Source: a virus. Taken from it: a stretch of DNA of 64,000 nt. The stretch spans positions 1 to 64,000 of IMG/VR virus record IMGVR_UViG_3300044731_001604; one strand, 5' to 3'. A model generated the notes under the pieces. It was not told where the DNA came from. It saw only the letters and a list, made by a program, of their open reading frames with translations, and made no database searches. This document shows, piece by piece, positions 19,575-28,117 of this stretch; within the stretch, counting starts at the first letter, position 1; the number at the start of each line of letters is the position of its first letter. The translations under genes were made by a program, and so were the position numbers.

Positions 19575-19586
19575 AGATTAAGCTAA
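19575..19586 (-). promoter_or_regulatory. putative phage late promoter motif (variant)
   Basis: TTAGCTTAATCT on - strand, followed by a 10-bp hairpin at 19549-19571. Confidence 0.45.
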
Positions 19587-19608
19587 TCTTAACCTGTTTT
19601 GTAACTAT

Positions 19609-19953
19609 TTAAATAGTGACAGTTTTTTCAACTCCCACTAATACTTCTAACCCAGACATAGACGTGTCTATTTGTGGGTTAATAATGCTCTCCTGCAATT
19701 CAAGCCATTGAACCGGAGCATGTCGTAAAATATATTGGTCAAGCTCTTCTCCAGTTGGAGATGGTGTTTGCCAAATATTAATGTTGTAATCTGTTCTGCA
19801 ACTTTTTACAGTTCCATCATCATTTTTTTCAACTGTTCCATCTGTATATTTAACAGATGACAGCATTTCCTCTGTTAATACATCAGTATAAAATCTGACT
19901 ATTATAGAATGCTCTGTTGTATCTATTTGTAATATTTTGTATTTAATGTTCAT
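19609..19953 (-). CDS. hypothetical fibre-associated protein (possible chaperone)
   Basis: AGGAG RBS; lies directly after the Gly-rich adhesin gene. Confidence 0.6.
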   Translation of the reverse strand: MNIKYKILQIDTTEHSIIVRFYTDVLTEEMLSSVKYTDGTVEKNDDGTVKSCRTDYNINIWQTPSPTGEELDQYILRHAPVQWLELQESIINPQIDTSMSGLEVLVGVEKTVTI

Positions 19954-19964
19954 AAAATCTCCTT

Positions 19965-21041
19965 TTATACTTTCGTTCCATTAACTGTGCCTAAATTTAA
20001 CCATGTTATATTAGAATCGTTTGATACACTGTATCCTCGCGATCCACTTGCTCCAGTAGCGCCATTGGTTCCGACCAATGTAGTGCCTTTTACGCCGCCA
20101 GCTGCTCCGAAACTATTTCCTACCCCAGGTGTAATAGCTAGGGTCCAAAATGTTCCTCCATCAGTTTTTGTAGAGTATCCACCAACAGTTCCGTTCTCTT
20201 CACGATTGCCGCCTCTTCCGCCATTACCATTAAAATAATTAGTATTAAAATTACTATAATCTCGGCTTCCGCCAGCACCATATGTAAATGAAGATCCGTT
20301 TCCGCCAATTAAATTATCTGTAATAGTAGGCTGATTCGCTGTAGATACGCTATATTGCCACCATCCTGAGTGACCTCCAAGTCCTCCAGTTGATCCGCTT
20401 CCGCCGCCTCCGCCGCCTCCGCTAATATAAGTTGTAGATCCTCCCCCAACAGGTCCATTTCTACCACATGCGCCTCCGCCGCCTCCGCCTCCGCCGCCGG
20501 GAGCTGTGGCACCAGTTCCGCCAGCACCGCCAATTCCGCCAGCTCCGCCAGTAATATTTCCATAATTTTTTAGACATGTAACAATTCTATTAGAATTAGT
20601 ACCTAAAAATGCAATTCCGCCATCTCCTCCGGCATAACCGTTACCGCCGTTTGCAGAAAGACCAGATTGCGCAACTCCATTTCCACCAGAAGATCCTGCA
20701 GTTGGGCTAAAAGCAACACGGCTTGCATTCCAACCTCCGCCAATTCCACCAGCTCCACCAGCACCACTAGTGACAGAACCGTTACTTCCGGTACTACCAG
20801 TTCGTCCAGTTGCGCCAACAATTGTTCCACTGTTAAGTATATGTATCCATGACGCAGCATTCCAATCAGATCCGACTGTAAATGCTGGCGTACTTATATT
20901 CGATGCAGAAACAGTTCCAGTTACAGTTACGTGACAAGCAACTGGCTCCTTTAAAGAACCTGCAGCAGTATATAAATTATAATCTGTCGCAGAAGCAACA
21001 TTTACCACGACTGTTCGTGGTGGTAAAAACATGATAGCCAT
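19965..21041 (-). CDS. glycine-rich receptor-binding adhesin (T-even gp38-like architecture)
   Basis: YNLYTAAGS...TPAFTVG...ILNSGTIVG followed by multiple GGGGGGG runs separated by aromatic-containing loops. Confidence 0.6.
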   Translation of the reverse strand: MAIMFLPPRTVVVNVASATDYNLYTAAGSLKEPVACHVTVTGTVSASNISTPAFTVGSDWNAASWIHILNSGTIVGATGRTGSTGSNGSVTSGAGGAGGIGGGWNASRVAFSPTAGSSGGNGVAQSGLSANGGNGYAGGDGGIAFLGTNSNRIVTCLKNYGNITGGAGGIGGAGGTGATAPGGGGGGGGGACGRNGPVGGGSTTYISGGGGGGGSGSTGGLGGHSGWWQYSVSTANQPTITDNLIGGNGSSFTYGAGGSRDYSNFNTNYFNGNGGRGGNREENGTVGGYSTKTDGGTFWTLAITPGVGNSFGAAGGVKGTTLVGTNGATGASGSRGYSVSNDSNITWLNLGTVNGTKV

Positions 21042-22684
21042 TACGCAATACCTCTTAAGTAACTTCCGATCAAAATAGATCCATCGTAATAAAAAGAGAT
21101 CAAGTCTATGCTATTTGCAGAAGTTGATAAAACCGGAACTGCTCCTGCTGGCCATTTAAACATGCTATCCCAAGTAATCATTCTGCTACCAGTTGAATCT
21201 TGGATTACTTTTAATACATAAGTAGCGCCATTTTTAAGATTAGTTGGATTTGCCATAGTAGTATTACCAGTTAAAGTAAGAACAGCTCCTCCACCATTAT
21301 CTGCGTTCCAATTTGTAGTTGCACCAAAAGTTAAATTTTGAGTAGTCCAAGTTGGATTAGTCAAAGTTGGATTTGGAGTAGAAGATGCAGCAGGAGTTAC
21401 CCAGCTAGCAGTTGTTCCGTCTGTTTGTAAAACTTTACCAGAATTAGATGTTTGAGCTGGCAATAATGCATTCAAAGCACCAGCGGCAGTAGTTTGTCCA
21501 GTACCACCAGCAGAAATAGCTAGCGTTCCAGTCAATGATGATAAAGCAAGTCCAGTAACTGTTCCAGAAAAAGTTGGACTAGAAATAGTTGGACTTGTTA
21601 AAGTTTTGTTAGTTAATGTCGCAACTGCGCTATTTTTTGTAGCATCAGATGTATTGTCTACATTTCCTAAACCAACATCGCTAGCAGAAATTGTAATATT
21701 TGAACTTAATACGTGACCGTTTACAGTTGTAGTTTTAGCTACTTTAGTATCAGCATAAACTTTAGTAGCTGCTTGAGAAGCAATTTTAATATCTGAATTG
21801 GCAGCAAAAGTTGAATCAGTATCTAAATAAGATAAAGGAATTTTTGTACTAGCAGCTGTAGATGCAGAACTAGCTAAGCTAGTAATAGCATTATTTAAGT
21901 TACTATCAGCAGCTTCAAAAGCAGCAACAACTTCACTTAAAGAATCAAGAGAAGCAGGATCAGTATTAGAAATAATGTTTGTAATTTGAGTTTGTAAATC
22001 AGTAACAGAAGCTGTACGAGAAGTAGCTTCGGCAGCTACAGCAGCATCTACATAAGCTTCGGTAGTTTTACCAGCTACAGCATCGTCAACATAAATTTTA
22101 ACAGCAGCTTGAGAAGCAACCTTAACATCTGAATTAGCAGCAAAAGTGCCGTCAACATCTAAATAAGAAAGTGGCATTTGAGCAACGTTATCAACATTAC
22201 CAAGACCAACATCTTCTTTTGTTACTGTTGTAGTACCAGCAGATCCGCCCATTAAATTAATAGCAGCAATTTGAAGATCAACATAAGATTTAACAGCTTT
22301 TTGAGAAGGAACTTTAGCATCTGAATTATCAGCTAAATTACTATTAGTATCTAAAAAATAAAGAGGCATTTGAGCAACATTAGATACATTACCCAATCCA
22401 ACCATTGCAGCAGTAATACCAGAAACTGTACCAGTAAAAGTTGGAGAAGCAAGAGGAGCCTTTAAATCTAAACTAGAATAAATTCCATATAAATCTACAG
22501 ATGAAGAAGTAGCTCCGAGATCGCTCCATGAACCGTTTTCATATTTTTGGAATTTATTTAAAACACTATTGTAATACATATCACCATTCATAGCTGGTGA
22601 CGGTGCAGTTGCCATTGGTTTAAACGTCAATCCATTAGATAGATAGACATTTGAACTTAATGTAAGAAATCTACGTATAGCCAT
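21041..22684 (-). CDS. tail fibre protein (anchor + DPASLDSLSEV module)
   Basis: anchor GDMYYNS..GSW; VGLGNVDN repeats; C-terminal QDSTGSRMITW...KWPAG..P.LST.AN.ID domain. Confidence 0.75.
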   Translation of the reverse strand: MAIRRFLTLSSNVYLSNGLTFKPMATAPSPAMNGDMYYNSVLNKFQKYENGSWSDLGATSSSVDLYGIYSSLDLKAPLASPTFTGTVSGITAAMVGLGNVSNVAQMPLYFLDTNSNLADNSDAKVPSQKAVKSYVDLQIAAINLMGGSAGTTTVTKEDVGLGNVDNVAQMPLSYLDVDGTFAANSDVKVASQAAVKIYVDDAVAGKTTEAYVDAAVAAEATSRTASVTDLQTQITNIISNTDPASLDSLSEVVAAFEAADSNLNNAITSLASSASTAASTKIPLSYLDTDSTFAANSDIKIASQAATKVYADTKVAKTTTVNGHVLSSNITISASDVGLGNVDNTSDATKNSAVATLTNKTLTSPTISSPTFSGTVTGLALSSLTGTLAISAGGTGQTTAAGALNALLPAQTSNSGKVLQTDGTTASWVTPAASSTPNPTLTNPTWTTQNLTFGATTNWNADNGGGAVLTLTGNTTMANPTNLKNGATYVLKVIQDSTGSRMITWDSMFKWPAGAVPVLSTSANSIDLISFYYDGSILIGSYLRGIA

Positions 22685-22735
22685 TTCGTTTTCCTTTTTA
22701 ATATCTTGCCTTTATTAGCAAGGTTGTATAATTAC

Positions 22736-22766
22736 AATAAAGGGACCGAAGAAAATCCTCGGTCCC
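22736..22766 (-). terminator. Rho-independent terminator
   Basis: - strand GGGACCGAGGA-TTT-TCTTCGGTCCC-TTTATT. Confidence 0.75.
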
Positions 22767-22791
22767 ACAATCTAACTATACAGTCAAATTA

Positions 22792-25700
22792 TTAAGCTTT
22801 AATTAGCTTAACGTCCATTCTTGCAACAGCAGTAGTAGCACCGCTATCATAAGTAACGTTTATGTTTCCACCGCTAACTACAGCAGCAAAAGAGATTCCA
22901 GTAGCATCAGTCTCAACGCTCATATCATTGTATGATACCTCAGAACCGTTTGTAACTACGCGGAATGTTCCAATTACTACTTTACCAGCACTGTCTTTCA
23001 TTTTGTAAGTAATCTCACAACCTTCAAAAGAAGCAGTACTGAAAGTTAAATCAGCGATAACTTCGCCAGTTTTTCCAGCAGCAAGGGCGATTGCATCAAA
23101 GTACTGTTCTTGAACGAGAGCGCCAGCAGCACCACGTTTAACAGTTCCTCTGAACAATGGATCAGCAGCAACCATAGTATCAGCAACGATACCATCAGCG
23201 TTAACTTTCAATCCAGCACTAGATGTAGTTAAAGAACTTCCATCAAGTTTGATTGCAAGTTTATCGCCAGATCCACCTTGTAAACCACCGCTAGAAGACA
23301 ATGCAGAAGCGTTGATGTGAGCTTCGTCAACAACAACAGAATCAACATAACCTTTAGTAGCTGCATCAGAAGAAGCAGTTGGTGTAGCTAAGTTAGTAAC
23401 TTTGTTTGCGCCCATATCAATAGCGCCAGACATTGTACCGCCAGCTAAATCAAGTTTAAGAGCAAGAGCATCTTCAACAAGAAGGCCGAGGTCGTCTTTA
23501 GCAGCATTTGAAGCGTCGATTTGGCTTTGTAAGCTAGCATCAGCAGCAATACGTGCAGATTGCTCAGCAGCATCAGCAGCAATTCTTGCAGATTGCTCAG
23601 CATTTAAGCCAGTTTGTAAACTAGACTCAGCAGCAGTTGCTCTAGTAATTTCTGCATTTAATGCAGTAGAAGCAGCAGTAGAAAGAGTCGTAATAGCACT
23701 GTTTAAGTTACCATCAGCAGCTTGGAAAGCATTAACGATTTCAGTTAATGAATCAAGGGCAGCAGGGTCAGTGTTAGAAACAATACTATCAATTTGTGAT
23801 TGTAAACCAGAAACTGCAGTTTGTCTTGAAGAAACTTCAGCAGCTAAATCAGCAGAGATAACTAAGTCAGCAGCTTCACGTGCAGATTGCTCAGCAGCGA
23901 TTGCAGAAGTTAATACACCTTCAGCAGCAGTAGCTCTAGAAACCTCAGCGTTAATTGCTGTGTTAAGATTTGCATCAGCAGCAATACGTTGTGATTGTTC
24001 AAGTTGAGCAGCAGTCAATCTTAAAGATTGCTCAGCATCAATAGCAGCTTGACGAGAAGTGATCTCAGCATTTAATGCATCTGTAAGAGCAGAATCAGCA
24101 GCAATACGTGCAGATTCTTCAGCAGAAACAGCAGCTTGTCTAGATGATACTTCAGCGTTTAATGCAGAAGTTAAAACTCCTTCAGCAGCAGTAGCTCTAG
24201 AAATCTCAGCAGCTAGATCAGAAGCAATGTTTGCTTCAGCAGCACTTGCTCTAGTTACTTCTGCGTTTAATGCGCTAGTAAGAGCAGCATCAGCAGCAAT
24301 TCTTGCAGATTCTTCAGCAGCAACAGCAGCTTGTCTAGATGATACTTCAGCAGCAACAGCAGCAGTAAGAACATCATCAGCAGCGATTCTAGCAGATTGC
24401 TCAGCAGAATCAGCAGCCATACGAGCAGATTGCTCTGCATTGTCAGCAGCAATTCTTGCAGACTCTTCAGCAGCAACAGCAGCCATGCGAGCAGATTGCT
24501 CAGTAGCTACAGCAGCAGTAAGAACACCCTCAGCAGCACCAGCTCTAGCAATTTCAGCAGCTAAGCTGTTAGAAACAGCAGTAACAGCAGCTTGTCTAGA
24601 AGACATTTCAGCGGCATCAGCAGCAATACGTGCAGATTGTTCAGCAGCTAGATCGCTAGTAAGTTGAGCATCAGCAGCGATTCTAGCAGATTGCTCAGTA
24701 GCATCAGCAGCAATTCTTGCAGACTCTTCAGCAGCAACAGCAGCAACACGAGCAGAAGCTTCAGCAGCAACAGCGTTAGAAGCAGCTAACTCAGCAGCAG
24801 CAACAGCAGCTTGACGAGAAGAAACTTCAGCAGATAAATCAGCAGCAAGAGCAGCATCACCAGCAATACGAGCAGATTGCTCAGCAGCTAAGTTAGAAGC
24901 AGCAGAATCAGCTAAAGTAGTAATAGCGCCATTTAAGTTGCTATCAGCAGCTTGGAATGCACTAACAATTTCAGTTAATGAATCAAGAGCAGTAGGATCA
25001 ACATTAGAAAGAACATTATCAATTTGAGCTTGTAAAGATTGCTCAGCAGAAGTAGCTCTAGAAACCTCAGCAGTGATTGCAGAAGTTAAAACACCTTCAG
25101 CAGCAGTAGCTCTAGAAACCTCAGCAGCTAAATCAGCAGTAAGTTGTGCATCAGCAGCAATTCTTGCAGATTGCTCAGCAGCGTCAGCAGCAATACGTGC
25201 AGATTGTTCTGCAGCCATTGCATTAGAAGCAGCTAACTCAGCAGCAGCTACAGCGTTTTGTCTAGAAGTAGCTTCAGCAGAAACTGCAGCTTGTCTAGAT
25301 GACACTTCAGCATTTAATGCATCTGTAAGAGCAGAATCAGCAGCAATACGTGCAGATTGCTCAGTAGCATCAGCAGCAGTAAGAACAGCCTCAGCAGCCA
25401 TTGCTCTAGATTGCTCAGCAGCCTCAGCAGCCATTGCTCTAGATTGTTCAGTGGCATCAGCAGCAATACGTGCAGAAGCTTCAGCATCTACAGCAGCAAT
25501 ACGTGCAGATTGTTCAAGAGCCTCAGCAGCCATTGCTCTAGATTGCTCAGCAGATACAGCAGCTTGACGTGAACTAACTTCAGCAGCTAGATCAGCAGTA
25601 AGAGTAGCATCAGCAGCAATACGAGCAGATTGCTCAGCAGCTAAATCAGCAGTAAGTTGAGCATCAGCAGCAATACGTGCAGATTGCTCAGCATTAATAG

Positions 25701-27984
25701 ATACTGTAATACCTTGAGTAGTAGACTGTTGTAATGTAGTGATATCAGCAGCAAGAAGAGCTTCAGCAGCCATTGCTCTAGATTGTTCAGCATTAACAGC
25801 AGCAACACGAGCAGAAGCTTCAGCAGCAACAGAAGTATCTGTATAGACTTCAGCAGCATCAATAGCAGCAGCTACAGCGTTTTGTCTAGAAGTAGTTTCA
25901 GCAGCATCAGCAGCAATACGAGCAGATTGTTCAGCAGCTAAATCAGCAGCAAGTTGAGCATCACCAGCAATACGCGCAGATTGCTCAGTAGCTACAGCAG
26001 AAGTTAAAACTCCTTCAGCAGCAACAGCTCTAGAAACTTCAGCAGCTAAATTATTAGAAGCACTATCAGCTAATTGGCTAAGAGTAGTGTTGATACTACC
26101 GTCAGCATTTTGGAATGCGCTTACGATTTCAGTTAATGAATCGAGAGCAACAGGATCAATATTAGAAACAATATTGTCGATTTGTGATTGTAAAGATTGG
26201 TCAGCAGCAATACGAGCAGACGCTTCTGCATCTACAGCATTAGTACGTGAACTTGCTTCAGCCGCAATAGCAGCGATGCGAGCAGAAGCTTCAGCAGCTA
26301 AATCAGCAGCGATACCAGCTTCAGCAGCAGTTGCTCTAGAAACTTCAGCATTTAATGCATCAGTAACAACTACATCACCAGCAATTCTTGCAGCTTGTTC
26401 AGCAGCAACAGCAGCTTGACGTGCAGATTGCTCAGTAGCTAGATCAGAAGCAAGTTGTGCATCAGCAGCAATACGAGCAGATTGCTCAGTAGCTAAATCA
26501 GCAGCAAGAGCAGCATCACCAGCAATTCTTGCAGATTGTTCTGCAGAATCAGCAGCAACACGAGCAGATTGCTCAGCAGTTACAGCAGCTTGTCTAGATG
26601 ATACTTCAGCAGCTAGATCAGCAGTTAATACGCCTTCAGCAGCAGTTGCTCTAGAAACTTCAGCATTTAATGCACTATTTAAAGTAGCATCGCCAGCAAT
26701 ACGAGCAGATTGTTCAGCGGCATCAGCAGCAATACGAGCAGATTGCTCAGTAGCTAGATCAGCAGTAAGAGTAGCATCAGCAGCAACGCGAGCAGATTGC
26801 TCAGCAGCATCAGCAGCAATACGAGCAGATTCTTCAGCAGAAACAGCAGCAACACGAGCAGAAGCTTCAGCAGCAACAGAAGTATCTGTATAACCTTCAA
26901 CAGCATCAATAGCAGCAGCTACAGCAGCTTGACGTGAACTAACTTCAGCAGCTAAATCAGCAGTAAGTTGTGCATCAGCAGCAATACGTGCAGATTGTTC
27001 AGCAGCTAAATCACTAGTAATAGTGTTTTCTGCAGCAACACGAGCAGCAGTTTCGTTAGCTAAATTAGTAGCAGCAGCGCCAGCTAAAGTAGTAATAGCA
27101 CTGTTTAAATTGCCATCAGCAGTTTGGAATGCATCAACGATTTCAGTTAACGAATCAAGAGCTGTTGGATCAATGTTAGAGAGAACATTGTCGATTTGGC
27201 TTTGTAAGCTAGCGTCAGCAGCAATACGTGCAGATTGTTCTGCAGTATCAGCAGCAATTCTTGCAGACTCTTCAGCAGAAACAGCAGCAACACGAGCAGA
27301 AGCTTCAGCAGATACAGCGGCTTGTCTAGATGATACTTCAGCAGCTAGATCGCTAGTAAGTTGAGCATCAGCAGCAATACGAGCAGAAGCTTCAGCAGAT
27401 ACAGCAGCTTGACGTGAAGTTAATTCAGCAGCGTCAGCAGCAATTCTTGCAGACTCTTCAGCAGCAACAGCAGCAACACGAGCAGATTGCTCAGTAGCTA
27501 CAGCAGCAGTAAGAACATCATCAGCAGCAATACGTGCTGATTGTTCAGCAGCAACAGCAGCAGCACGAGCAGTTTGCTCAGCAGCTAAATCGCTAGCAAG
27601 TTGTGCGTCAGCAGCAATACGTGCTGATTGTTCAGCAGCAACAGCAGCAATACGAGCAGATTGTTCAGTAGCTAAATCGGCTTGAACGCCAGAAATTGCA
27701 GTTTGGAAAGCAGCAGCTTGCGAATTTAATGCAGCATCAATACCAGCTAAGTGAGATGCAATAACATTTGCATCACTAGCAGTATAGTTAACTCCTTGAG
27801 TTAAACTACCTACTGTATAATTAAATACAGCTGAATCAATAAGCGTTTTCCATTGACCGCCAGTTCTAATCTTGAAACTATTTGACGTAGTATCAAAATA
27901 TAACTGTCCGTCAACAGCTTTCGCTGGTGGGTTAGTTAAACCGCGGAGTTGTATACCGCCGGAAACTTTTAATAAATTTGACAT
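22792..27984 (-). CDS. giant Ala-rich coiled-coil fibre protein (1730 aa)
   Basis: anchor module; about 1400 aa of AEQSARIAADA-type 11-residue repeats; 4 DPxALDSLTEIV modules; GGTMSGAIDMGANKVTNLA.P...DAATKGYVD neck; beta-rich C-terminus. Confidence 0.85.
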   Translation of the reverse strand: MSNLLKVSGGIQLRGLTNPPAKAVDGQLYFDTTSNSFKIRTGGQWKTLIDSAVFNYTVGSLTQGVNYTASDANVIASHLAGIDAALNSQAAAFQTAISGVQADLATEQSARIAAVAAEQSARIAADAQLASDLAAEQTARAAAVAAEQSARIAADDVLTAAVATEQSARVAAVAAEESARIAADAAELTSRQAAVSAEASARIAADAQLTSDLAAEVSSRQAAVSAEASARVAAVSAEESARIAADTAEQSARIAADASLQSQIDNVLSNIDPTALDSLTEIVDAFQTADGNLNSAITTLAGAAATNLANETAARVAAENTITSDLAAEQSARIAADAQLTADLAAEVSSRQAAVAAAIDAVEGYTDTSVAAEASARVAAVSAEESARIAADAAEQSARVAADATLTADLATEQSARIAADAAEQSARIAGDATLNSALNAEVSRATAAEGVLTADLAAEVSSRQAAVTAEQSARVAADSAEQSARIAGDAALAADLATEQSARIAADAQLASDLATEQSARQAAVAAEQAARIAGDVVVTDALNAEVSRATAAEAGIAADLAAEASARIAAIAAEASSRTNAVDAEASARIAADQSLQSQIDNIVSNIDPVALDSLTEIVSAFQNADGSINTTLSQLADSASNNLAAEVSRAVAAEGVLTSAVATEQSARIAGDAQLAADLAAEQSARIAADAAETTSRQNAVAAAIDAAEVYTDTSVAAEASARVAAVNAEQSRAMAAEALLAADITTLQQSTTQGITVSINAEQSARIAADAQLTADLAAEQSARIAADATLTADLAAEVSSRQAAVSAEQSRAMAAEALEQSARIAAVDAEASARIAADATEQSRAMAAEAAEQSRAMAAEAVLTAADATEQSARIAADSALTDALNAEVSSRQAAVSAEATSRQNAVAAAELAASNAMAAEQSARIAADAAEQSARIAADAQLTADLAAEVSRATAAEGVLTSAITAEVSRATSAEQSLQAQIDNVLSNVDPTALDSLTEIVSAFQAADSNLNGAITTLADSAASNLAAEQSARIAGDAALAADLSAEVSSRQAAVAAAELAASNAVAAEASARVAAVAAEESARIAADATEQSARIAADAQLTSDLAAEQSARIAADAAEMSSRQAAVTAVSNSLAAEIARAGAAEGVLTAAVATEQSARMAAVAAEESARIAADNAEQSARMAADSAEQSARIAADDVLTAAVAAEVSSRQAAVAAEESARIAADAALTSALNAEVTRASAAEANIASDLAAEISRATAAEGVLTSALNAEVSSRQAAVSAEESARIAADSALTDALNAEITSRQAAIDAEQSLRLTAAQLEQSQRIAADANLNTAINAEVSRATAAEGVLTSAIAAEQSAREAADLVISADLAAEVSSRQTAVSGLQSQIDSIVSNTDPAALDSLTEIVNAFQAADGNLNSAITTLSTAASTALNAEITRATAAESSLQTGLNAEQSARIAADAAEQSARIAADASLQSQIDASNAAKDDLGLLVEDALALKLDLAGGTMSGAIDMGANKVTNLATPTASSDAATKGYVDSVVVDEAHINASALSSSGGLQGGSGDKLAIKLDGSSLTTSSAGLKVNADGIVADTMVAADPLFRGTVKRGAAGALVQEQYFDAIALAAGKTGEVIADLTFSTASFEGCEITYKMKDSAGKVVIGTFRVVTNGSEVSYNDMSVETDATGISFAAVVSGGNINVTYDSGATTAVARMDVKLIKA
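23520..27690 (-). repeat. degenerate 33-bp (11-codon) coding repeats
   Basis: dozens of GCAGCAATACG(T/A)GCAGATTG(C/T)TC-type units on the + strand. Confidence 0.85.
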
Positions 27985-28036
27985 GGTTTTTCCTTTTTTT
28001 TTAAGGGGTTTGGTGTATAGAAACTATACACGTAAA

Positions 28037-28048
28037 AGATTAGGCTTT
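28037..28048 (-). promoter_or_regulatory. putative phage late promoter motif
   Basis: AAAGCCTAATCT on - strand, followed by an 8-bp hairpin at 28013-28031. Confidence 0.5.
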
Positions 28049-28117
28049 GGCCCAATTGTTAGGATTACCTCCAAACTATAGGCCAAAGTATTGATTTTAT
28101 TATATTTTTTATGGGTA

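Noticed and set aside
23402-27364. Several 70-200 aa + strand Ala/Ser-rich ORFs
   Set aside because: Antisense shadows of the GCT-rich coiled-coil gene.
22792-27984. Tape measure protein call for the 1730-aa Ala-rich ORF
   Set aside because: It has fibre anchor, neck and tip modules; the ORF at 60770..63007 occupies the canonical chaperone-TMP-hub position.
28045-28088. CTTTGGCC...GGCCAAAG inverted repeat as ncRNA or terminator
   Set aside because: Long, imperfect interior and no clear U-tract; cannot be assigned from sequence alone.
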